Below the pieces are notes generated by a model, which saw nothing but the letters and a program-made list of their open reading frames with translations, was not told the origin of the DNA and did not search any database. Source: Candidatus Heimdallarchaeota archaeon (GTDB taxonomy: Archaea; Asgardarchaeota; Heimdallarchaeia; Heimdallarchaeales; Heimdallarchaeaceae). From it: a stretch of 64,000 nt of DNA. The translations under genes and the position numbers were made by a program. Positions within the stretch are counted from its first letter, which is position 1. Every line of letters starts with the position of its first letter. Shown piece after piece: positions 56,405 through 64,000 of this stretch. The stretch is taken from contig JAUVXV010000004.1 in the NCBI GenBank assembly GCA_030603365.1, forward strand, positions 64,001-128,000. Reading direction: 5' to 3'.

Positions 56405-57277
56405 ATGAACAACGATTCTTGGATAAAGGAAAAAACGTGCTTAATAACTGGGGCAAATGCAGGAATCGGAAAAGCAACAACAAGACAGATTGCGGATTTA
56501 GGTGCGAAAGTTATAATGGTGTGTCGTAATCCAGAGAAGGGAGAAAAAGCTCGACAAGAGATTATTCAAGCAACCAAAAACAAGAATGTCGAGCTTCTGA
56601 TTTGTGATTTAGCATCATTAAAAGATGTAAAACGCTTCGCTGAAGAATTTCTTATTAATCACTCAAATTTGCATGTCTTAGTTAATAATGCAGGAGTTTT
56701 CAGTATGAAGAGAACTACAACCAAAGATGGATATGAAAGTACTTTTGCAGTAAACTACTTAGCTCATTTCTATCTTACTAAACTAATGTCCCCCTTGTTA
56801 AAGAAAAATTCTCCCGCTAGAATTATTAATCTCTCTTCTGACATGCACAAATACTTTAAGATTAAATTGAATGATCCTCTATTAGAGAAAAGATATAGTG
56901 GTCAGCAAGCATATAGTAATTCTAAAACTGCAATGGTCTTGTTTTCTTATAAGTTAGTAAGAGAACTAGAAGGATCTGGAGTATCAGTATATGCAGTAAA
57001 TCCAGGACATGTTAAAACACAATTGACAACAGTTGGTCTACCTAATTGGTATAGGAAAATATCTGATCTAATTCCAAGTCGTCGAACTCCTGAAGAAGGG
57101 GCAGAAGTTTCTGTATATGCTGCCTCCTCAAATAATCTAGAGAAAATAACAGGTAAATATATTACTAAATTTAAAGAGAAAAAGTCAGCAAAGATGACTT
57201 ATGACCTTGCTAAACAAGATTATCTTTGGGAATTGAGTGAGAAATTAGTAGAAGAAGCAATTGAAAAAGAAAATTAA
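56405..57277 (+). CDS. SDR oxidoreductase (retinol dehydrogenase-like)
   Basis: 'TGANAGIG', 'CDLASL', 'NNAG', 'VNYLAHF', 'YSNSK'. Confidence 0.92.
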   Translation: MNNDSWIKEKTCLITGANAGIGKATTRQIADLGAKVIMVCRNPEKGEKARQEIIQATKNKNVELLICDLASLKDVKRFAEEFLINHSNLHVLVNNAGVFSMKRTTTKDGYESTFAVNYLAHFYLTKLMSPLLKKNSPARIINLSSDMHKYFKIKLNDPLLEKRYSGQQAYSNSKTAMVLFSYKLVRELEGSGVSVYAVNPGHVKTQLTTVGLPNWYRKISDLIPSRRTPEEGAEVSVYAASSNNLEKITGKYITKFKEKKSAKMTYDLAKQDYLWELSEKLVEEAIEKEN

Positions 57278-57322
57278 TAAATGTTCATACTGCAATAAAC
57301 AAAAATCAAATAGGTTGTACAA

Positions 57323-58255
57323 ATGCCCAAACCTTACGCTGTAATTAATGAAGAAATAAAAGATGCATTAAAAGGAAAAGCAGGAGAAGAAAGGGCTAGG
57401 GAAATTAAGAGACTATTGAAAGCAATACATTGGGATGTAGGAGATTATAAGAGAATTAAAGATAAACTAAGACGCGAATTAGCAGAAATAGAAACGATGG
57501 AACAAGCTAAGAAAGCTTCTAGAAGTCGTACAAAAACTAAAAAAACCACTCCTCAGTTTTGTATAATTGGATCTACAAATAGCGGAAAAAGTACACTAAT
57601 CAATAATCTAACCGGTACCACAATTCCTGTTGAATCTTATCCATTCACTACAATTGAACCACAATACGGTGCAATGGAGTATGATAATATTAGTTTTCAA
57701 TTTGTTGAAATTCCTGCAATTTATGATGGTTGTTGGAATGGAGATAAATCCACTCTAGGTATGATATATTTTACAGACTGCGTTATGATACTGGGTCGTT
57801 CTCACGAAGACTTTGAATTAGTTCTAAAGGAATTAGCGGGACAGAATATAGAGCTAATAGGAGAAAGAATGAGTGATGGATTTATCCAAACAACACCTAG
57901 GAAGATACCAGCCTTCCTGGTTTTCGATAAAACAGATCCAAATTTACCTCCTTCTCATCTAAAGAAGATTCCTTCGGACAATCTTGAAGAGATAAAACAA
58001 AACATGATAAAAATCATAAAACCTGTACGGCTTTATACAATGAATTCTTTTAATGAGATACAAGAACAACCTGTAGTGTTTTTCAAAGATCAAATTACTG
58101 TTAAAGAAGTTATTCAGAAAGTGTATAAGGGAAAAGAAGAGATTTTCAAAGATGCGGTTATACTGGAAGGGGGACCAAATGGAAGAAGAAAAAGAGTAGG
58201 AATAACTTATGAACTTTCAGACAAAGATGTGATACATCTAACTTTTCACAAATAA
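57323..58255 (+). CDS. OBG/DRG-family GTPase with C-terminal TGS domain
   Basis: G1 'GSTNSGKS', G2 'YPFTT', TGS 'RVGITYELSDKDVI'; G3 and G4 divergent. Confidence 0.8.
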   Translation: MPKPYAVINEEIKDALKGKAGEERAREIKRLLKAIHWDVGDYKRIKDKLRRELAEIETMEQAKKASRSRTKTKKTTPQFCIIGSTNSGKSTLINNLTGTTIPVESYPFTTIEPQYGAMEYDNISFQFVEIPAIYDGCWNGDKSTLGMIYFTDCVMILGRSHEDFELVLKELAGQNIELIGERMSDGFIQTTPRKIPAFLVFDKTDPNLPPSHLKKIPSDNLEEIKQNMIKIIKPVRLYTMNSFNEIQEQPVVFFKDQITVKEVIQKVYKGKEEIFKDAVILEGGPNGRRKRVGITYELSDKDVIHLTFHK

Positions 58256-58274
58256 AAATAAGAAGGGAGTAAAA

Positions 58275-58832
58275 TTACTCCAGTTTAGAACCACAGCTTT
58301 CACAGAATTTTGAACCTACAGGAGGTCTGTGACCACAATAGGGACAGTAATTAATCTCTCCAGTAGGAAAGATAACTTCAACTTGTTTCTTAGGTAAGGG
58401 TGTTTCAAATTCTGGTGCTGGCTCGTATTTGACTTCTTCACCGAAAATAATTTCTCCTGTTGCACCATCATAACTATATTGAATACCTCTTCTAGTACGA
58501 AGGTCAACAAGAATACGAAGCATGTTCTTTGATTTAATACCAACTTCTTGAGCTAGGTTCTCAACTTTTACTCTTCCTGTACGGTTTAAAGTAGATGAAT
58601 GAACGATATCTCTCATTCTCTTATCCCAATAGAGACTACTAAAACCACCTATGAAACTGAAGAAAGCAGGGATGAAAAGCCAATAACCCCAACTAGCCAA
58701 ACCTATGAAAGAAATGTTATAAGCTCGGAATATTAATGATAAAACACCTACTATTGTGAAAACTATGGCAGTTCCAAAAGCAGACAAGTTTCCTTTATAA
58801 TCTTTTTTCTGATAATATCTATCTTGAGACAT
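58275..58832 (-). CDS. Membrane protein: 2 TM, winged-helix-like segment and C-terminal zinc ribbon
   Basis: Two TM helices; 'VKVENLAQEVGI'; 'CPYCG......KFCESCG'. Confidence 0.7.
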   Translation of the reverse strand: MSQDRYYQKKDYKGNLSAFGTAIVFTIVGVLSLIFRAYNISFIGLASWGYWLFIPAFFSFIGGFSSLYWDKRMRDIVHSSTLNRTGRVKVENLAQEVGIKSKNMLRILVDLRTRRGIQYSYDGATGEIIFGEEVKYEPAPEFETPLPKKQVEVIFPTGEINYCPYCGHRPPVGSKFCESCGSKLE

Positions 58833-58958
58833 AGAATAACCTCAAGTAGGGAGGCTCATGGACTTTATTAAACTTAAGCATTCATTGAGAAATTATGAAG
58901 GGGAAACGAAACAAAAAACTTTTAATGGAACGAAGAACAGAAAAGATAGAATATAGGT

Positions 58959-59081
58959 GCCCAGATAGCTTAGCTGGGAGAGCGCAGGACTGAAGAAGAA
59001 TCTTTCAGAAATCCTGTTGTCGCGTGTTCAAGAAGGTTTCAGATGCGTTCTGTGACATTGAATATCACGCTCTGGGCTCCA
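58959..59081 (+). tRNA. tRNA-Phe(GAA) with two introns: 58996-59010 (37/38) and 59033-59064 (T-loop, 59/60)
   Basis: Acceptor GCCCAGA/TCTGGGC; BHB central helices CTGA/TCAG and TTCA/TGAA. Confidence 0.9.
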
Positions 59082-59140
59082 AATATTTTTCTTCTCTAAG
59101 AATTGAAACTTCTTTTCAGTTATTGTTTTTCCGATAAGAT

Positions 59141-60739
59141 TCATTTCCAAAATCTTCTATGTCTTGTTTTAGCAGTTATTGTAATTCCAAGAAATGATAA
59201 TAGAACAATTAGAACACTAAAAAAAGATTCTTCAGTTGGTTCAGCTGTTGTCTCGCTAGTTACTTGGCAATCATAGTTGTAAACAGATGGATAAGGATCT
59301 GTCATATTGTATTTTCCATCTATAGAGTATTCTCCTTCTCCTTCATAATCTGTCCAAAAATTACCTGTGCTTGAATCATCATCATACCACTTGTTATTAT
59401 AGCTATCATCAAAGGCTTGGGAATACCCATCTTCTGTTCCATTTAGATTATTGCAAATGAAGTAGTTATGATGTATGACATTCCAAGTTGAAAGCAAAGT
59501 AGCTATCTTAACTCCATATTTTCTGTTTCTTAGTAGAGTATTATTTACTATTTCTATATATTTTGAATCAACTAGTAAAATTCCTTGACCATTGGATTCG
59601 CATGTGTTATTTCTAATTATTGCATGATGTGTTTCCCAAACTCTCATTCCTATTGTATTGTTCTTACACACATTATCTTCAATTATTGGTGGTGTAAGAG
59701 ATGTAAAAGAACCATAATAAGTGAAGATTCCAGCGTCTTTGTTTTCCGTACATGTGTTATTTGCTACTGTTCCTTTTGAGCATCTAGCTATCCTTATTCC
59801 TGATTCATTATTCTTTGTAAAGAAATTGTCTAGTATCAATGAATCATCCATTTCATTAGAATAAATTCCATCTTGATTATTTTTTGAGCACTCATTCTCA
59901 ATAATCGAGATATTTTGTGACATATTAACTACAATTCCAAAAACACCTCTTGTGCAATAATTGTTCTCTACTCGATTATGTTTTCCCCACCACATGCTTA
60001 TTCCTGAATAGCCATAATCCACTATGACATTTCGTTCAAAAATCGTGTTCTTAACATAGTAAGTGTCTATGCCATCATGATTGAGTTCTAAGGTGTTATC
60101 CATGACCTTAGAATGTTCTGAATAGAGTAACCTGATGCCGTTCCTATTATCATGACAATAGTTCTTTTTAATCTCCAGATACTCCCCTCTATCAGTCGCT
60201 ATTCCATTCCGGTTTCCATAGCATTCATTCTGTCTTAGATAGACCTGACTAGATCCCCAAACGTAAATCCCATCATAGTTGTGATTTATACAAGTATTGT
60301 TTTCTATAATAGCAGTTCCAGAAATAATATCAGTTATTACAATTCCCCAATCTAGAGCTGAAATGAAACAATTAGAAATTGTGAAACTCTTGGTAGTATT
60401 GAAGACATACATCCCAATCCCGAAGGTAGTTGTGATATCATAATTCTCGATTTGATAGGGATCAGATGGAGTTCCCTCCCCTGGAAATCCTTGAGTTATA
60501 AAATCCTCGTCTGATAAAATAATAATACTTTGATGAGGAATTAATTCTGTTTTCATTTTATTCATTTTAGGATAGGAATTTTGATTCAGATTGTCCGTTT
60601 GAGATAACTCTGCTATAACTTCGGAATTCGAAAGACGGATTTTACTAGGGAAGAGAATTAGAAATAAAACACAATAGATAAAGATTGTTTCATACTTCTT
60701 CCACATTTTCTCTCCTCTTAATAGTTGTTTTCTAAACAT
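59141..60739 (-). CDS. Cell-surface right-handed parallel beta-helix (NosD/CASH) protein
   Basis: Signal peptide; 'GEGTPSDPYQIE'; repeated 'N...N...GI'; 'GNFWTDY', 'DPYP'; C-terminal TM. Confidence 0.88.
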   Translation of the reverse strand: MFRKQLLRGEKMWKKYETIFIYCVLFLILFPSKIRLSNSEVIAELSQTDNLNQNSYPKMNKMKTELIPHQSIIILSDEDFITQGFPGEGTPSDPYQIENYDITTTFGIGMYVFNTTKSFTISNCFISALDWGIVITDIISGTAIIENNTCINHNYDGIYVWGSSQVYLRQNECYGNRNGIATDRGEYLEIKKNYCHDNRNGIRLLYSEHSKVMDNTLELNHDGIDTYYVKNTIFERNVIVDYGYSGISMWWGKHNRVENNYCTRGVFGIVVNMSQNISIIENECSKNNQDGIYSNEMDDSLILDNFFTKNNESGIRIARCSKGTVANNTCTENKDAGIFTYYGSFTSLTPPIIEDNVCKNNTIGMRVWETHHAIIRNNTCESNGQGILLVDSKYIEIVNNTLLRNRKYGVKIATLLSTWNVIHHNYFICNNLNGTEDGYSQAFDDSYNNKWYDDDSSTGNFWTDYEGEGEYSIDGKYNMTDPYPSVYNYDCQVTSETTAEPTEESFFSVLIVLLSFLGITITAKTRHRRFWK

Positions 60740-60870
60740 ATATAAGTCGACTCTTCAAATTATTTACGTGTTTAATTATCCCAAATTTTTTCCTTTATTG
60801 AATCTTTGAAAAATACTCTTTTGCCCTTATCAAGGTACTATTCCTTTTGTGTTTTTAAACCTAAATTTGT

Positions 60871-60958
60871 TTATTTATCTGAAGCTAGCTCTAACATCTG
60901 CTAGATGGTTTCAAGAATGCTTTCCACATTCATCCCCAATGTTTCTCTGGCTAGCTTC
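60871..60958 (-). repeat. GAAGCTAGC-bounded intergenic element, copy B, with internal hairpins
   Basis: GAAGCTAGCC...AGCTAGCTTCAGATAAATAA; internal stems ACATT/AATGT and CATCT/AGATG. Confidence 0.5.
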
Positions 60959-61071
60959 CCCCCTCTCCCCCTCTTTGAAAGATTCACCCTCTTATTGTAC
61001 AAAGCATTTTTGATAAAAAAAGAGTGAATGCTTTAATATCAACTACTCTATTTTCTTCCAAAGTGATTTCA

Positions 61072-61563
61072 ATGCGTGGAATGAGAAGAAAGGAAAAAGC
61101 AATAGATGATATTGAAGAATTGCAGCATATTTTGAAAACTGTTAAACATATTACTATAGCAATGTGTCAAGATAATGAACCCTATTTGGTTACTTTGAGT
61201 CATGGTTATGATCCAAAAGAACATTGTATTTTCTTCCACTGTGCAAGCGAGGGTAAAAAAATCGATATCTTAAAAGAAAATAACATTGTGTGGGGACAGG
61301 CTTTAGTTGATGAAGGGTATATTCAAGGAGCTTGTGATCATCTATATGCAACTGCTCAATTCAAGGGCAAAGTGCGCTTTCTAGAAGATTTTGAAGAGAA
61401 AAAAACAGCTTTGGAACTTATGATTAAGAAACTAGATGAGAAACCAGAGGAAGTAGCTGAAAAACAATTAACAGAGCAATCCGTTACTAGGGTTGCCGTA
61501 GGAAGGATTGACATTGAATATATGAGCGGTAAAAAATCTAAGGATGTAATCATTAGTCTTTGA
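61072..61563 (+). CDS. Pyridoxamine 5'-phosphate oxidase-like flavin-binding protein (NimA-like)
   Basis: 'MRRKEK', 'PYLVTLSHGY', 'FHCASEGKK', 'MSGK'. Confidence 0.88.
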   Translation: MRGMRRKEKAIDDIEELQHILKTVKHITIAMCQDNEPYLVTLSHGYDPKEHCIFFHCASEGKKIDILKENNIVWGQALVDEGYIQGACDHLYATAQFKGKVRFLEDFEEKKTALELMIKKLDEKPEEVAEKQLTEQSVTRVAVGRIDIEYMSGKKSKDVIISL

Positions 61564-61600
61564 CGTTATATTGATAAGTGTTCAAGTTGTCAAATCAAAC

Positions 61601-61849
61601 ATGCCAATGTTCGGTAAATGCGCCCAATGTGGAAGATCTTTAGATGAGGGAAAGAAAACTTGTGGAGCTAGCTTCGCAATATGTAAAAAATGTAAGATGT
61701 TAATCCATCCACATTGTATGGGGGAACATAGGTTAATGCATAATCGCCAAGATATGATAGCAAAATATGCTACAAAAAATGAGTATGATTCTGTTTTTTC
61801 AAGAACTATCGCGTTCATTAAAGAGAAATTGTCTAAATCAAAATCCTGA
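61601..61849 (+). CDS. Small Cys/His zinc-finger protein
   Basis: 'CAQC...CKKC...HPHC..EH...H'. Confidence 0.65.
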   Translation: MPMFGKCAQCGRSLDEGKKTCGASFAICKKCKMLIHPHCMGEHRLMHNRQDMIAKYATKNEYDSVFSRTIAFIKEKLSKSKS

Positions 61850-61905
61850 TAGTTGAAGGATTGAAAGAAGCCAATATTTTTAACTTTCCGATATCCTTTT
61901 TCATT

Positions 61906-62889
61906 ATGGAATATAGAAGATTAGGTTCTACTGGAGTTAAAATATCTCCTGTTGTTCTTGGAACAATGCAGATGGGATGGAGAGTGGAGGAAGAAGAATC
62001 TTTCAAAATAATGGATAAGGCAATTGAGTTGGGTATTAATTGCTTTGATACAGCTGATGTCTATTCTTATTGGGCTGATAATAGTTATCCTGGAAAGACT
62101 GAAGAGATAATAGGTCGATGGCTAGAAGATAGAGGCGCAAGAGATGATCTTGTTCTAGCTACTAAGCTCAGAGGAGCAATGAGTGATGATATTAATGATC
62201 GAGGTTTATCTCGAAGACATGTTCATCAAGCTATTAAAGGAAGTTTGAAAAGACTTCAGACAGACTGGATTGACCTTTATCAGATACATAGTTTTGATAA
62301 TGATGTACCTATTGAGGAAACTCTTCATGCTCTTAACCTGCTAGTGGATGATGGTTTAGTTAACTATATTGGCGCATCAAATATTCACCCTTGGATGTTA
62401 GTTGAATCCTTTTGGGTAAGCGAAAAAAATGGTTATGCTCGTTTTGAAACTGTTCAACCTCCATATAGTATTGTAAGAAGAATGCTGGTAGAACATCAAA
62501 TGGAACATGTGATCAAGAAATATTGTCTAGGCGTTATTCCTTACAGTCCTTTAGCGGGAGGGTTCTTGACCAATAGATACTCTAGAGATGGTCCAATCCC
62601 AGATACACCACGAAGTGAAGGCGCTCAAAAACGATACTTTACAGAGAAGAGATGGGCAATACATGAAGCAGTAAAAGAAATCGCAGATGTTAAGGAAGCG
62701 AAAATGACACAAGTAGCAATAGCTTGGATATTAACTAAAGATTTCATTACTGCACCAATAGTAGGAGCAAATAGCGTTGAGCAACTAGAAGATAATCTAG
62801 GAGCTTTAGACATAAAACTAGATGAAGATGAAATAAAAAGATTAGATGAAGTGTCAGACTGGGTTGCTGATTACGAAGAAATCAGATAA
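61906..62889 (+). CDS. Aldo/keto reductase
   Basis: 'FDTADVY', 'LATK', 'DLYQIH', 'IGASN', 'PYSPLAGG'. Confidence 0.95.
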   Translation: MEYRRLGSTGVKISPVVLGTMQMGWRVEEEESFKIMDKAIELGINCFDTADVYSYWADNSYPGKTEEIIGRWLEDRGARDDLVLATKLRGAMSDDINDRGLSRRHVHQAIKGSLKRLQTDWIDLYQIHSFDNDVPIEETLHALNLLVDDGLVNYIGASNIHPWMLVESFWVSEKNGYARFETVQPPYSIVRRMLVEHQMEHVIKKYCLGVIPYSPLAGGFLTNRYSRDGPIPDTPRSEGAQKRYFTEKRWAIHEAVKEIADVKEAKMTQVAIAWILTKDFITAPIVGANSVEQLEDNLGALDIKLDEDEIKRLDEVSDWVADYEEIR

Positions 62890-63570
62890 CTATTTCCAGA
62901 ACTGCCACCATTTCTTTTCTCTTCTTGGTTCTTTTTTCTCTACAGTACTTCTGAGTTCTAGTACTCCGTCTTTTATCCCTAGTTTGAAAACCATGTTACG
63001 AAAACCTTCAGGTTCATTTTCTTCTTCAATAACATAAACTAACGGAGCGAATTTTCTTTCTACCTCAAGCTTTCTTGAAATTCTACCTGCTTCATATTTC
63101 TCTTTGATTTGGCTTTCCTTACCTATCCAAATGTAGATGTCTTCGTGGGCATCAAGAAGAAAGGCATCATCAGATTTGAAATATTGATATCCAACTGGTA
63201 AATCTATAATATCTACTTCTCCTTTATCATCCTCTCTTAGTTGAAGTAAACGCATATCTTTCTGGATTTTCTTTTCAAAATGTTTTAGAAAACCTGGAGT
63301 ATCACCCTCTACAACTTCAAAATCAATAATCCTGGTGAAAATTGCGGGTTCTTCACCCTCTAAAACTGCTTTTATTTTCAAATCCTTCTTCTTCTCTTCT
63401 ACAATCTTAGCTCCCCAAGCACCTACAGCTTTGTCATCACAATAAGACTTAGATCCTAACCAAATCCAGAGTTCAGTGTCTGTTTCAATAACATACACGT
63501 CACCATTTAGAAATATGTAAGGTACCTCTAGGGGTATTAATTCCTTTTTTGAAACATGAAATACGTTCAT
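62890..63570 (-). CDS. Two-domain gelsolin (Asgard 2DGel-type)
   Basis: Two gelsolin repeats: 'GDVYVIE...LWIWLG...EGEEP' and 'DDAFLLD...IYIWIGKES...EENEP'. Confidence 0.9.
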   Translation of the reverse strand: MNVFHVSKKELIPLEVPYIFLNGDVYVIETDTELWIWLGSKSYCDDKAVGAWGAKIVEEKKKDLKIKAVLEGEEPAIFTRIIDFEVVEGDTPGFLKHFEKKIQKDMRLLQLREDDKGEVDIIDLPVGYQYFKSDDAFLLDAHEDIYIWIGKESQIKEKYEAGRISRKLEVERKFAPLVYVIEEENEPEGFRNMVFKLGIKDGVLELRSTVEKKEPRREKKWWQFWK

Positions 63571-63635
63571 ACCACTGGTAAGATTAGTGAACAATATAAT
63601 GATTTCCCTAAGAAGCGATTAGAATTTTCAAAAAT

Positions 63636-64000
63636 TCATTTAACTTCTTTGGGTAAATGTATCGCAAAAGTGCAGATATCATCTCCTTTCAAAACCGATT
63701 TTATTAGATCTACTTCCAAAGATTGTTCGAAAATACCTTCAAAAGGAACTTTGTGCCAGCCACCTGAACAATTACAAAACGTATGTGAAACTTGATTTGC
63801 TTCGGGTTTTTGTAATGAGTCTCTAACCCAGGCACAATGACAATAATGATAACGCTTGGTTTTCTCATCTTTAGCTTCAATAAATTTTTTTATTTGATAA
63901 GGAATTTTAGATACATAAACAATATTCCCTTCTCTTTTTCCCGCTTCTATAGTTGGATCTGCTTCAACGTACTTATATTCTGGAGAATCATACCCATAGC
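63636..64000 (-). CDS. C-terminal part of a DUF6144/V4R-like Cys-rich protein, truncated by the window edge
   Basis: Hand translation ...KRYHYCHCAWVR...FCNCSGGW...SVLKGDDICTFAIHLPKEVK*. Confidence 0.7.
   Translation of the reverse strand, partial: YGYDSPEYKYVEADPTIEAGKREGNIVYVSKIPYQIKKFIEAKDEKTKRYHYCHCAWVRDSLQKPEANQVSHTFCNCSGGWHKVPFEGIFEQSLEVDLIKSVLKGDDICTFAIHLPKEVK

Noticed and set aside
4055-63795. Numerous short (60-160 aa) track ORFs overlapping well-supported genes or tRNAs
   Set aside because: They are antisense or alternate-frame overlaps without motifs and were treated as spurious.

Overview
AT-rich archaeal chromosome segment, most likely from an Asgard archaeon (Heimdallarchaeia-like). 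This assignment is inferred from archaeal informational genes (Rpp21, L37e, Sm, L11, SecE, Spt5, Nep1, ZPR1, DtdA, BHB-type tRNA introns) occurring with a two-domain gelsolin and a longin/uDENN-like protein. Most of the window is housekeeping or metabolic: FtsZ, form III RuBisCO with ribose-1,5-bisphosphate isomerase, LipA/LipB, ADP-forming acyl-CoA synthetase, an aconitase X pair, FdhF with MobA, ArgF, Acr3/ArsR, and bacterial-type lipid genes PlsY and DegV. There are 8 tRNA genes; four carry introns and three of those carry two. Main observations: (1) a transposase-less 533-aa TnpB-family nuclease with the Fanzor-type rearranged RuvC site, flanked by structured non-coding regions on both sides; (2) three 31-32 nt tRNA introns at non-canonical positions that share a UGCGU hairpin loop, two of them near-identical in different tRNAs; (3) stranded 3' gene fragments (the leuS C-terminal domain, and a ~95% identical inverted copy of a gene 37 kb away); (4) a Flp-like pilin missed by the ORF track; (5) two related intergenic elements bounded by GAAGCTAGC inverted repeats. 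No CRISPR array or rRNA was seen. All calls come from motif reading by eye; no database searches were run.
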